Below are positions 25,484-37,020 of a stretch of DNA of 62,190 nucleotides, piece after piece (position 1 is the stretch's first letter; each line of letters begins with the position of its first letter). The stretch is from Negaprion brevirostris (taxonomy: Eukaryota). The translations under genes and the position numbers were made by a program. The notes under the pieces are model-generated. The model saw nothing but the letters and a program-made list of their open reading frames with translations. It was not told the origin of the DNA and did not search any database. The stretch covers positions 49,039,890 to 49,102,079 of the forward strand of contig JARDVH010000132.1 in NCBI GenBank assembly GCA_030324005.1, read 5' to 3'.

Positions 25484-26528
25484 ATGGTATTGACCAGTGT
25501 TGGGAAATAAACTTCATCCTATGCATAAGTTTTAAGCACCTAAATGTGGAAATACCGCTCCTCCTTGGGACAGAATTCAGGCAGAAGATAAATGGAAGTA
25601 TCACAATTAGTGGTGGAACCCAGATACAACCAGAGCACTAAATGGTGGCCAAAGAGGCAGGCACACATTCTTTCCTATCAAATTTTGTTCCTCTTGACAA
25701 TAGTTTGGCTACATAGAGCTAGGGCCACTTGCAGAAAGTTATTACAGTTGCTGTTCTTAGTCAAATGTGGGTGTGTAAGTTGGCCATTGCAAATGACAGC
25801 TAGACCCAGAGGGATGACTTGGCATTGGATTCTAAGCCTGTGAACATTAGCCCAATAGCTGTCTGAATTCTGTGGCCTGACCAACCTATAGTATTTATTG
25901 TAAACTATTCTGTTCCAAAATTCTGACTGGCATGCAGGATTGGTGTTCCTATTGTATCACTTCTGGTGCTTTTACAACTTCTGTCCTTTATTCACGCCTA
26001 CATGAAAAGTAGATGAAGAATGCAATTCATTCAAATATGCATGTGCTGATAAATAGGTAGAGATGTCCCCAGAACCACAATTTGGGGAAACAAATTTTTT
26101 AACGAATTTAATAATAAAATCTTTGATTAAAACAGTATTTTTAAGTTATGACTAAATTATACACTTATCCTGTTTAATCCCTAATGTTTGTGCCATCCAT
26201 TTTTTGTTTCCAGATGTAAAGAATCTTTACTGCTTTGAGGATTATTTGCCTCTATGAAGACATTTATAATATTTGGTGTCAGCTTAACTCGGGCTAATCA
26301 AATTGTGTTGGTTGCTATATATGCATTTTATATATATATTCTTTATATTGAATAAACAATACATCTCTAGTTTCAGTGGGATAGAAAGTTTATTTCAGTG
26401 TTGTTAGATTTGTCGTAACCTGTGAGTGATGCCTTTTATCCCCTAGGATAGGTTTTGTATTCCACTGGAAAGCAATGATGTGTTTTCTGTTTATTTTGTT
26501 CTAACTGGTGAGAGTTGTGTCCTTGTAG

Positions 26529-26618
26529 CTGTTCTTGGATGTTCTGCCTGAGGATAAAAAGCAATGGCTTAATAAGATAGCAGAATTAAGATCTCACTAT
26601 GAACAGATAAAAGAAATT
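26529..26618 (+). CDS. TBC1D5: TBC1D5 internal coding exon (90 bp)
   Basis: ccttgtag acceptor, ATT|gtaagt donor. Encodes LFLDVLPEDKKQWLNKIAELRSHYEQIKEI, phase 0/0. Confidence 0.95.
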
Positions 26619-26707
26619 GTAAGTATTTTTTGTACTTTTTCCATCTACCATATATCTAATTGTTTGACAAAACTTGAAGTACCAACAGCAGTCTTGTCTA
26701 ACTGTAG

Positions 26708-26782
26708 CACATCACAAACCCTCGGAAAGCTGCTGGACAGCAGGATCTGATTGTCAACAACCCACTTTCACAAGATGAGGGG
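26708..26782 (+). CDS. TBC1D5: TBC1D5 internal coding exon (75 bp)
   Basis: actgtag acceptor, GGG|gtaagt donor. Encodes HITNPRKAAGQQDLIVNNPLSQDEG, including the NPL motif. Confidence 0.95.
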
Positions 26783-27134
26783 GTAAGTACGATCAGATTT
26801 GGTTTTGCCAATTATCTTCTTGACAATTGCTAGGAAACCCCATAATATCTTCAGCTATTTAGCAAAAACAAATTTAGTGCAGCTTTCAGATGATCCATCA
26901 AACCCATGTCAATTATGTGACATAACCTGTGCCATGCCTTTTGCAATAGAAAAAATGTGAACTAAACCAGCTGCTTAATTTGAATTTCAGATGCCATCCG
27001 TTATTATATTCTGAAAGTTTGGGTTGTACCAACTAGTCACCAATTCCATCCCATTCCCTGGCCACTGAGGCTGAATCAAACTGTTCACAGCCAGGTTTGA
27101 GATGATGCATCTGCATAATTAACTACTACCCATG

Positions 27135-27500
27135 TATTTTACACGGAGACAATGATCTGAGCTCTAGACCACATATCCCTTCCATCATGACCGCCTCATT
27201 TACCTCCATAATATAGCCCATCCTGCCTCTGCCCATCTCCTGCTGAAACCCTCTTCTTTCTCTCTCTCTCCCCAGACTTCACTATTAAATAGCTGGTTGC
27301 TTACTTTCCACCCTATATAAACTTGAGTTCATTTAAAACTCATAGCTAGACTAGCATCAAGTCCTGTTTGCCCCATGTGCTCTAGTTATGGCCGTTTAAA
27401 CCATCCAAATTTTCATTGTTCCACTTTTACTGCAATTCGTTCATGTGCCTTAGCCCTCCTTAAACCTTTTACATTTCTCCGTCTTTCCTCCTTTAATCCC
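27135..27500 (+). mobile_element. Decayed L2-like LINE 3' fragment
   Basis: cacctccataatatagccc-like and ctgctgaaaccctc..ccagacttcactatt remnants resembling the L2 RT C-terminus (HLRNIA, AETL, RLDY). Confidence 0.5.
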
Positions 27501-28617
27501 TCCTTATTGTTTGACCAAGCGAATCTGCTTGTAGAAAATGGCACACACTGCAAATTGTTCAAGATATTGACATCTCTGGGCAAAATAAGCCTTTATATAG
27601 TTAATTTTGTATCACCAATGGGGATATTACTTTGACTTTAAACCACTAGAAATTGTAATGAATTTTATATAATTTCAGTGGAATTATCCAAGGATCTGTG
27701 CAAGAAAGTTATGTCCCACGTGTTAAATCTTGCAGCATCATTTATGCCCCCTCTTCATCATTCCTTGCACCACTTGTTGATCAGGAAATATTCACTAAGA
27801 AAGTTTATGTAGCCAACTAGTACCAGTGATGTTTCTTCTTTCAGTCTGAGGCTTTTGTTCATATTTGTGGTTCCAGTATAAATTGGAGAGTAAATTTAAT
27901 GCATTTTAATGCCCATTATGAAGTTGCACCTGCCAGAAGTTCATGAGAAGACTTTGGGCACAGATTAACAAGTTTTCTATGCATTACAATTATAATTGAG
28001 CATCCACACCCAAATGCAAAATTTGCACGTCAACTGGGAAAGCTCATTTTATAAAACTTACCTTATGTATGTATGACAGCTCTTTTACACGCTAGATGCC
28101 AGCTGCAACTCATTTTACAGTAAAGTGAATGCTGCCTTTTTAATTTATCCCCAACTATTTTATTTTTGGTAGCAATTTTCTGCAGATTGAATAAAGACTG
28201 CACAATATATTACAGCTAATGTAGAATAATCAGAACCTTTGAACATAAGTTTATAAAGTTCAATACGAAAGACAGTTTTTCTTGAACTTAAACGTTTTGT
28301 TCTGCATGTGGATATGCCGAAGCTTTTTTCAAAAAATAATTCAACAATCTAGTGGTTGCTTAGACATATTTATTTAAATTATATTTTAACAGAAGACACA
28401 TTGTATATCCATTCGTGCGATGTAATATCATGTTATCTTCATTGGAAAATACTCGGTTTTATCATTCATTTCAAGGCAGCAGTTAGATACAGTTAAGGAC
28501 GTGAATAAAAGGCAATTGAAAAGAATATCAAGTAATTATGTCATCTCAAAAAATATTTGTTGTTCAGTTTTTTTTTTCAAAGAATGTTCATTTTTCAATA
28601 CTGCTTTTTTTATATAG

Positions 28618-28685
28618 AGTCTTTGGAACAAGTTTTTTCAGGATAAAGAACTTCGGGCAATGATTCAGCAAGATGTGACCAGAAC
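28618..28685 (+). CDS. TBC1D5: TBC1D5 internal coding exon (68 bp) with the arginine finger
   Basis: tatatag acceptor, AC|gtatgt donor. Encodes SLWNKFFQDKELRAMIQQDVTR(T), the TBC IxxDxxR motif. Confidence 0.95.
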
Positions 28686-29877
28686 GTATGTGCAAAATTA
28701 AATCTGTAAATGAATCGTGAAATGCAAGCAACGTGTTGGTATTTAAGATGTTTGCTTTCAATAAATTGCCAGCCTTCGTATTTATTTTTGTGCAATGACG
28801 TATCTGCATAATTAACTGCTCCCCATCATAAGGATGTTATTTCTTTATCAAATTTATGAAGATTTTGATACTAGGCTTCATATGACCCTCTCTGTGGACC
28901 TAAGTGCTCAATATTCTTCATAAACTGTTTTTGCATTTTTTCCTGATTCTGTCCTTCTTACTGATTGTATGTTTCATATTCCTTTCAAGCATGAAAAGGA
29001 TAGTCTTGGAAACAGTAGTATTTTGGGACCAGGAAGCTCATTTAAGGAGGATGACCGAATCTCCAATTTTATTCTGAATGAAAGAGATTCTTCAGTAGCT
29101 TCCTGTGCTGCGCAAATTACTTTTTTTGAAAACACTTGCATTCACTCAACTAATGAAAGCAAGTTCAAGCAATATGAGATCTGCAACTCAAATCTCAAAG
29201 CCTCCTGTTTCTCAGAATCAATTGGTAAAACAATTGAACTACCGGACCACCCCACCTAATCCAAATTATGTTTCTGTTTTTGCCTGCAAAATACCATGGG
29301 GATTTATTCAGTCATTAGTAGGTATGATGGTGTCATTCTGCTTTGCAGTTTAGATATGAGATTGTTATTGTCATGGCATAACTATTGAAGAACACAAAAT
29401 AATAATAATCTGGCAAGCTAGTGAAGGATTAATAAATCTGAAGAAGGAAATATTTAGAAATCTATTTTACAATGTTTAGTTTAAAAAAGTATCAATATGT
29501 GTATTAATATTTAGTAAGTGCACAGCATCAAATATAAATCAGATTCAGGACTTGCCTGTACTGTTGTTTATTTTTCTTTGTTTTAATACTTCTGCGAAAT
29601 AACAAAGAGTTAAGTTACAACCCATCATTGATTTTCACTTTAAATGTGTACTTGAGGTAGCGTAATTTCAACCTAAAATTAGCAGTATTCACCTTACCCC
29701 CGATTTGTTTATGGATAATAGGTAACCAGTTCCCGTTGAAGTGAATTGTATAAGCATAATTGACTTTTCTGTACACAAAAATGAATAGGAGATTCTGAGA
29801 CACACTCAAGTTAAGGAAGACGCACAATAAGTGTCAGTATAACCTGTTTATGCACAATGATACAATCTATGGCACAG

Positions 29878-29892
29878 ACTGCCATCTAGTGT
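29878..29892 (-). promoter_or_regulatory. Candidate CTCF motif
   Basis: Minus strand ACACTAGATGGCAGT has one mismatch to the core CCASYAGRKGGCRS. Motif match only. Confidence 0.35.
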
Positions 29893-30224
29893 AGTAAATA
29901 GTACCCCAGTTTAAGCATTCAAAGATGAATCGGACCGATTTCCAATTTAATGCAATATAAGTTGGGGTTATGCTCATAAAAGGTGATTTTTTTTTTAATA
30001 ATCAGTTCCAGAGGAAAAGTTTGATTCAACAAGTAACTTATATTTACCTTTTTAAATGTATATTTCTTTTTTTTAGCTGACCCCTGTTGATATAATATTA
30101 AATATAATATTTGTATACATATATTTTATATGTTAATGATTTTTTCTCATGAAGTTGTACAGAGTGGTGTAGAGAGTGCATTTTTTCATAGCAATAGATG
30201 TTCATCCATTGATTTTATACTAAG

Positions 30225-30332
30225 AAGGCTGGTTTGCATGATGGACTGGACTTCATTCATGATCCTTTATAGTTTCTTGTGGTCTTGGGCAGAGCAGGAT
30301 CGATACCAAGCTGTGATACAACCAGAAAGGAT
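30225..30332 (-). mobile_element. Rex1/Babar LINE fragment
   Basis: Minus strand ILSGCITAWYRSCSAQDHKKL*RIMNEVQSIMQT. Confidence 0.7.
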
Positions 30333-30773
30333 ATAGAGAAATATATATGCAAGGAAATTACCAACTGTACAATTGATAAATTGAGGGACTTAAGTTATCC
30401 TGATGTGCACTGGAATAGTATGAGTGTAAAGGCCAGAGAGAATATTTCCCCTCAGTATTGTTGTGTATTTTGAAACATGATATTTGGAAGCATTGGGTTT
30501 AAAAACAAGTGAAGTGTTTATTGTGGTCTATGATCTTAACCATGGCTGCTGCTTCTCTCTCTGTTTCCTGCTCTGCATCTTTGACATCACTTCTGTTTGC
30601 ATACATTACTACAGCATGGCTCCACAATGAACCAAAAGATACAAATACATGAGAAATATGTTCCCAGTTCAATGAGAAAGGATGCATTGCTGTATCTGAT
30701 TCTAGAAAGTGAGGTAGGCCAAGTGGATCATGTGTCAACCAGCAAATATGTAGGGCACAGAGATCAAAGTATC

Positions 30774-31068
30774 ATAATCATAGAATCCCAATGGTGCAGA
30801 GGAGGCCATCTGGCCGATCAAGCCAGCACTGACAACAATCCCACACTAACTCCGTAACCCCACATATTTACACTGCTAATCTGCCTGATAGTAAGAGGCA
30901 ATTTAGCATGGTGAATCCAACTAATGTACACATCTTTGGACAGTAGGGAGGAAACCTATGCAAAGAGGGAGAGAACATGCAAATTCCACACGGTCACCCA
31001 AAGCCAGGATTGAATCCGTGTCCCTAGCACTGCGAGACAACAGTGTTAACCACTGTACCACCTTGCCA
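30774..31068 (-). mobile_element. HE1-type SINE
   Basis: Reverse complement of the head (ggcaaggtggtacagtggttaacactg..gattcaatcc) and tail (gggattctatgattatgat). Confidence 0.8.
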
Positions 31069-31932
31069 TAAAGTTAAGGTTGACTTTGGAAAAGAGTAAT
31101 CTGGAGTAAAAATATTTAATTGACAAAGAGCTAATTTTGATGAGGGTGGACAGATCCGGCCCAGGTAAATTGGGATCAAAGACTGGCAGAAAAATTGTAA
31201 TTGAACATTGAGATCTTACAGAAGAGTGAATTTGGGTACATTACTGTGTAGGATAACAGTACAGTAATCAAAGCCTGAGCGCCCTGGATAACAAAAGAGG
31301 GGATGATGCAGAAAAACACTTCATATAGGTTATTCCTACACTCTGAGAGCTCTGCCTACCTGACTCCTCTGAAATTGTATTTAATCATCTGAGGATGCCT
31401 TCGTGACCCTTTTACTACCCTTAGCAACAACCAGCTGTCTCTGGGGCTGCGAAGGCTTCAGAGCTGGTCATCCTCGGCTTGGTTGGTAACCAAGGAGCCC
31501 TCCCGCTAACCTTCATAGCACAGCAATTTTGGAGGTTTCCTCCAGGAACATCACTGTGCTGACCTTATTGCCAGCAAATGTGGACTCAGAATCCCAAATT
31601 AGACCTGACACCCCAAAGCTATTTTCCAAAAATGGAAATCCGATCCATTGCTTCCATAAGAGGAGAAAACACAAAGTGAATTTGTCTGATTATTTTAAAT
31701 AGGTGGAAATTAATATTTAAAAACTACAAAAGTTTATTTGATGTACCTTAGGCAAATTTTTAATTAGCCATTTTAATGTTCGTTTCAAACAAGTTTAGTT
31801 TAAATAGAATTGTGCCAAGATCACAATGTTAACAGAATATTGTCTGAAGGCATTGTTAAAAATAACCTGTATAGGGAAGCAAAAAGGAACAACATTTCTT
31901 GAGATGGTGTGCTGAAATTTTGTGTCTTTCAG

Positions 31933-32035
31933 GTTTCCTGAAATGCAGTATTTCCAACAGGAAAGTGTGAGGCAGATCTTGACAGATATCCTGTTTTGTT
32001 ATGCGAGAGAAAATGAGCAGCTGCTTTACAAGCAG
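31933..32035 (+). CDS. TBC1D5: TBC1D5 internal coding exon (103 bp) with the glutamine finger
   Basis: tctttcag acceptor, CAG|gtaat donor. Encodes FPEMQYFQQESVRQILTDILFCYARENEQLLYKQ (YxQ motif); phase fits the previous exon. Confidence 0.95.
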
Positions 32036-32801
32036 GTAATGAAATACTGTACAGGTTTGGTTGAATAATTAAGCAGTTTAAAATTGGACTGTAAGAAAAA
32101 GTGTGTTGTGACATTTACTAAGAATAAATATGCATTCATTCTGGGCATAACATTCTGTCCCCGAAGCATTTAAGTCTGCTGCAAGTTACACATTGCATAT
32201 GTTTTAGTTTTGTTCGAGTATGTTTTTTAAAAACACCCTTCTTGCACATAAGATTTAGTAATTTTCACATTAATGTTTTAATTATTCTGTCTTTTCCCAA
32301 TGTGTTTCTAGTTGCAAAGATGCCTGCTTTTAAATTATAAAGCAAGGATACTCTACTATTTGTTTTAATGTTCAAGTGCAGGCTACAAGAGATTAAATCT
32401 GTAATTAATTGTCCATTTACTATGGCAGTTTCAATTTGAAAATCGTATATGCACATCACAATTTTAGGATAATTTTTATATATAAATAGGAAGAGAAATA
32501 ATTCCTTGATTTGTGTGCTACATACAATGCCTAATTTTAAAATACTTCAAAGCAGAAAATTCTGGGTTTGCATAGCAGCCCCATCAGCATCTGTAAAAAG
32601 AAAAGACTGATTAACATTTTAAGTGTAGAACTCTGGCACCTACGTGGTCTCTGTGCTTCTTGCACTTTGTAAATGCACTGAGCCATTAAAGGGACTCCAT
32701 TTTAATAGCTGTTTGTTCATTTTCCAGAGTACGCGTTTTATTTTTTAATTTGAGTAAGAATGTTGCAGCTCTGTTCATTTTTTTTAATGCTAATGTTTTA
32801 G

Positions 32802-32890
32802 GGAATGCATGAACTGCTGGCCCCTCTTGTCTTTACTCTGCACTGTGATCACCAAGCCTTCTCACATGCCAGTGAAACAGCAAATCCAAG
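32802..32890 (+). CDS. TBC1D5: TBC1D5 internal coding exon (89 bp) with a GC donor
   Basis: gttttag acceptor. Encodes GMHELLAPLVFTLHCDHQAFSHASETANP(S) and ends AAG|gcaagt; AG + T from the next exon gives Ser. Confidence 0.93.
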
Positions 32891-33405
32891 GCAAGTTTTA
32901 TCTATGCAACTTCTATATTATTTACTATGAAGTTCATATCAACCTGAAATAGGTACAACATTACATTTTATGTAGGATATAAGTCAACTTATGGGGATGC
33001 TAGTTCAGGAAGAGGGTAGTTCATTAACACCAATGCTAATTGGATTGCCAAGATTTTACTAATCTGCAGTTGGAGTCGTATGATACAATGTTTTGAGCTT
33101 TGTCTGCCATTAAGAGGTGAGTTAATTTTCATAAACTTCTAAAGCCTGCCTACTGCAAATCTCAAACAACTGATATTGTGAATTCTGAATGGACTGTTGG
33201 CAGGGGACAGAATGGAAAGCGAGGGAAAATCTTAAAACAATGTTCTATATTAAAATCTTTGTATCACGATATCCATTACAAAACCAATGTTGTTTACCAA
33301 CCACAGTCTTTTAATTACTGGAATGTTTCACATACATAAAACAAAGTACTGCGAGCCAATTGGATTGGTCAATCACCCCACCGCACATTTGGTGACCATT
33401 ACTGA

Positions 33406-33481
33406 CATAAGAACATAAGAAATAGGAGCAGGAGTAGGCCATCCAGCCCTTCGAGCCTGCCCCGCCATTCAATAAGATCAT
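33406..33481 (-). mobile_element. Young CR1 3' end abutting a gap
   Basis: cataagaacataagaaataggagcaggagtaggcc..., nearly identical to the copies at 20283, 23919 and 43545. Confidence 0.85.
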
Positions 33482-34054
33482 NNNNNNNNNNNNNNNNNNN
33501 NNNNNNNNNNNNNNNNNNNNNNNNNNNNNNNNNNNNNNNNNNNNNNNNNNNNNNNNNNNNNNNNNNNNNNNNNNNNNNNNNTTATTTAAACAGGTTTTTA
33601 ACAGGTAATTTCTTATCTGTCTCTCTGCTCCTTCACTCGTCTGCTCCAGCAAACAATGCCTTGCAACAAAAAAATCAAAGTTTAGCTTTTGGTCCTACTA
33701 ACATTTCCATGGATTTCTCATGGGAATGGAAGATCTTGGGAGAATGAGCAAAGTTCTAAAATCAGGGTTTTCTTTCTGGCATAAGAACAAACTGTATTTG
33801 GTGGAGTGGAATGAATGCATGATCTACTTTTAGGATGGGGAAGGGAACAATCATTTAAAAAAGTCAATCATTTTATTTTTGTTAAAATGGTCTTAGTTTT
33901 GCAGCTATAAAGGATGATTACACAGCCATTTGTGTTGATGTCTAATGTGAATATTTAGATTTTGGCAGTCATTGTAGATCAAGCAGTAAACAAAACTGAA
34001 TATTTTGGTGCAGAAAGGAATATTTTGCTAATTTGCAGGTTTATATCTCCACAG

Positions 34055-34105
34055 TGAGGAAATGAAAGCTCTCCTTAACCCTGAGTTCTTGGAACATGAT
34101 GCTTA
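34055..34105 (+). CDS. TBC1D5: TBC1D5 internal coding exon (51 bp)
   Basis: ctccacag acceptor, TA|gtaagt donor. Encodes EEMKALLNPEFLEHDA(Y). Confidence 0.95.
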
Positions 34106-34189
34106 GTAAGTTAAGTAATAACATTTTTTTTTGTTATTGCTATTGTTTTGCTACTTGTAATTTTGAAACTTCTCTTTTTATCTCTTCAG

Positions 34190-34259
34190 TGCAATGTTCT
34201 CGCAACTTATGGACACTGCAGAACCATGGTTTTCAAGTTTTGAAAGAGAAATAAGAAAG
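34190..34259 (+). CDS. TBC1D5: TBC1D5 internal coding exon (70 bp)
   Basis: tctcttcag acceptor, AAG|gtatgc donor. Encodes AMFSQLMDTAEPWFSSFEREIRK. Confidence 0.95.
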
Positions 34260-35321
34260 GTATGCTCACCTTGATTTTCAGTTTATAATGAATTAAAACG
34301 CTTCATTTATCCTCACAAGTGTTACTTAAAGACAAAACTACTTAATTATTTCTTCTGCTTTTTTTGTGAATGGCTGACTCTTTACCTCTCTGATCATGCT
34401 CATTACCAATGTGAATATTGGAAAATTCTAAGAGATGCATTCAAGGTTTATGTGTTTATTACATATAGCATTTTTTAAATTTGCTGAGGAATTAAATATT
34501 GTCACTCCAGGCGAATATATTAGTTGCACTCCCCAGTTTCTCTTCTGTTTACAAGAACAGCCCACACTGATTATCTTAATATTTCTCACCGTAACCAATC
34601 CTCTCATTCTCTGGTGAATATAATTGCAGGAAATACATTAATTAACATTTCCATCCTGGAAAGAGAAAGAAGCATGATAATTGGGAAGATTGGTATGGAC
34701 TACACAAGCAGATTTTGCTTTACAGTCATTAGTATTTTAAAACCAGGAATTTTCGGTCTTCATTTCAGGAACCAAAAGGATAAGTGGTCTTTAAAATTGC
34801 CAGTGATGATCATTGAAACAAATGTTTTTGTTCAGGAGCAGCTGCAACATTGAGAGTTCATAATGAAGAATAGAAATGTCTTCTATTATAACCTGAAGTT
34901 TGATTTCTTTGAGAGGAAGCGAGGTGATTTGTATGGGATCATGAGCATTAAGAATGGGGAGAAAAAGTTAATAGAGAACATGAATGGTTCTGCTGGGTGA
35001 TTCAGCCATGAATGATGTGTGAAATGCATGCTGTTGTTGTAAACTTCTTGCTAGCTTTCAAAATTATCAAAGTGTATTTCAAATAATAGTAATGATAAAT
35101 TTCCACTTGCAGATGTTAATCTAGGTCAAAAGTGTAGAAGAAGTACTCAACAAAATTTGAAATAGTTTAGAAGATGAACACAGGATGGCACATAAATCTA
35201 GAATGTTGTTCATTGTGAAGAAATTAAAGTTAGTATGGAAATATGTATGCAATAAAACAAAGAAATGATCTGAGTGCAATTATTCAACATTCAATGAAAG
35301 TGTCCAATACTTATGATAATA

Positions 35322-35540
35322 AAAGCACAATATTGTGAATGCTGGAGATTTAAATTAAAAACAAAGTACAGGAAAAACTTAACCAGTCTGACAGCATCTG
35401 TGGAGAGAGACATGGAGTTAATATTCCAAGTCTAATATTGCTCTTGTTTGGAAAGGATGAGACACAGTAACTCTGTCTCTCTCTTCACAGATGCTGCCAG
35501 ATCGATAAGAATTTTTCCTGCATTTTCTGTCTTTATTCCA
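35322..35540. mobile_element. Palindromic Penelope-derived repeat
   Basis: cagcatctgtggagagagac..gagtta followed by the inverted taactctgtctctctcttcacagatgctg. Confidence 0.65.
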
Positions 35541-36105
35541 GTACCTGTGAAATTTGTCAATAATAAACAAATAGGGTGTATTTCAAGGACATTTGATAAT
35601 GAGCCAAATATTGAACATATGATTATAAAACTGGAATGCAGATCAGCCTTTAAAATGATTTTTCTTTGATCAATGTTATGTATAGTGATTAGATCACTAC
35701 CAGAAGATTTTAACTTTATTTTAGCTTTCACGTATGCTGAATGCTGTCAATTACAACTTGACATCACTAGATCAAATGAATTTGATACCAAATTCGATCG
35801 TGTGCCCTAAGCCATGTCCATGCAGGCCCCAAGCTATGTCTAACACGCTCAAATCTATCCATATGTTTAGCAACCTGCATTGGAAAATACAAGAAAATTA
35901 ATTAAGTAAAATGTGATTTTATTCAGTTAGTCCAAAATTTGTTTCATGATACTATACCTGCTTGAGATCACCACCCGATCTCTATCACTTCTTAATCCCT
36001 TTTAGGCTTAGGGTCTGTACGTTCTATCCACCCACTATCCATTTCTCAGGATCTAAATTCTCTCCTTCCCACCCCAAGTCTCAAGATCCAAATCTCATCT
36101 CCCTG

Positions 36106-36354
36106 AGGTAGCATAGTGGTTAGCACTGCTGCTTCACAGCGCCAGGAGCCCGTGTTCAATTCCCAGCTTGGGTCACTGTCTGTGGAGTCGGCACATTCTC
36201 CCCGTGTCTGCATGGGGTTCCTTCCACATTCTGAAAGACATGCTGGTTAGGTTCATTGACCTGAACAAGTGCCTGATTGGGCAACTCGGGGAATTTCACA
36301 ATAACTTCATTGCAGTGTTAATGTAAGCCTTAGTTATGACTAATAAACTTTAAA
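36106..36354 (+). mobile_element. tRNA-derived SINE: HE1-like head with an alternative tail
   Basis: A and B boxes, V-type body, tail aacttcattgcagtgttaatgtaagcctt..aataaactttaaa. Confidence 0.8.
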
Positions 36355-36359
36355 CCAAT

Positions 36360-36620
36360 CCCTGCCTCCAGTCTGAAAGTCTAAACTCACTCCAGCCCCA
36401 CTTGCCCCAAGTCTCCAGCTTCTCCCCTCCTTTCAGCCTCTCCCCTCCACCTTCCAGTCTCTCTTCATCCCCTCCAGTGTCTCCTTCCCCCAGGACTCCC
36501 TTCCTCCCTCCACATTCTCTGCCTCAATCCAAATGCTGCCCCCTCCAAATGCTCCTCTCTCCAGCATCTCTTTTTCCCCCCCACCTCACTCCAACCCCAC
36601 TGCCCCTCCCTCCAGCCATT
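36360..36620 (+). repeat. C/T-rich low-complexity tract
   Basis: Runs of cccctcc, ctcccc and ctccag. Confidence 0.8.
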
Positions 36621-36660
36621 TTTTATTATTCATGCAGGGGATGTGTTTTTTATTCATGCA

Positions 36661-36950
36661 GGGGATGTGGCTGTTGCTAGTTGAATGCCCATCCCTGAAC
36701 TGAGTGGTTTGCTAGGACATTTTTAAGAGTGGATCTGGAGTCACATGTAGGCCAGACTTCCTTCCCCAAAGGACATTGGTGGAGCAGATGAGTTCTTACG
36801 ACAATCAACTACAGTTTCATTTTAATTCCAAATTTTTACTGAGTTCAAATTTCACCATCTGCTATGATGGAATTTGAATCTGGGTCCCCAAGTCATTGCC
36901 CTGAGTCTCTGGACTACTAGTCCAGTGACAAGACCACTAAGCCACCTCCT
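36661..36950 (-). mobile_element. tRNA-derived SINE, second family
   Basis: Reverse complement resembles 49008-49352 (gcagatggtg..aatttgaa, aatgtccttt..ggaagg). Confidence 0.7.
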
Positions 36951-37020
36951 TCTCCCAGCCTATCTGCTTCCAACTTCTCTCCCCTTCCAGGGAGAACTCT
37001 TTCTGGGGGCAACCTCCTAA

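Noticed and set aside
28969-29259. 96-aa intronic ORF with an acceptor-like ctttcaag and donor-like gtaaaa
   Set aside because: No recognisable homology. Splicing it into the phase-2 intron gives an early stop, and its own donor is phase 1.
36402-36680. Pro/Ser-rich ORF
   Set aside because: Translation of a low-complexity C/T tract plus a short tandem duplication at a SINE end.
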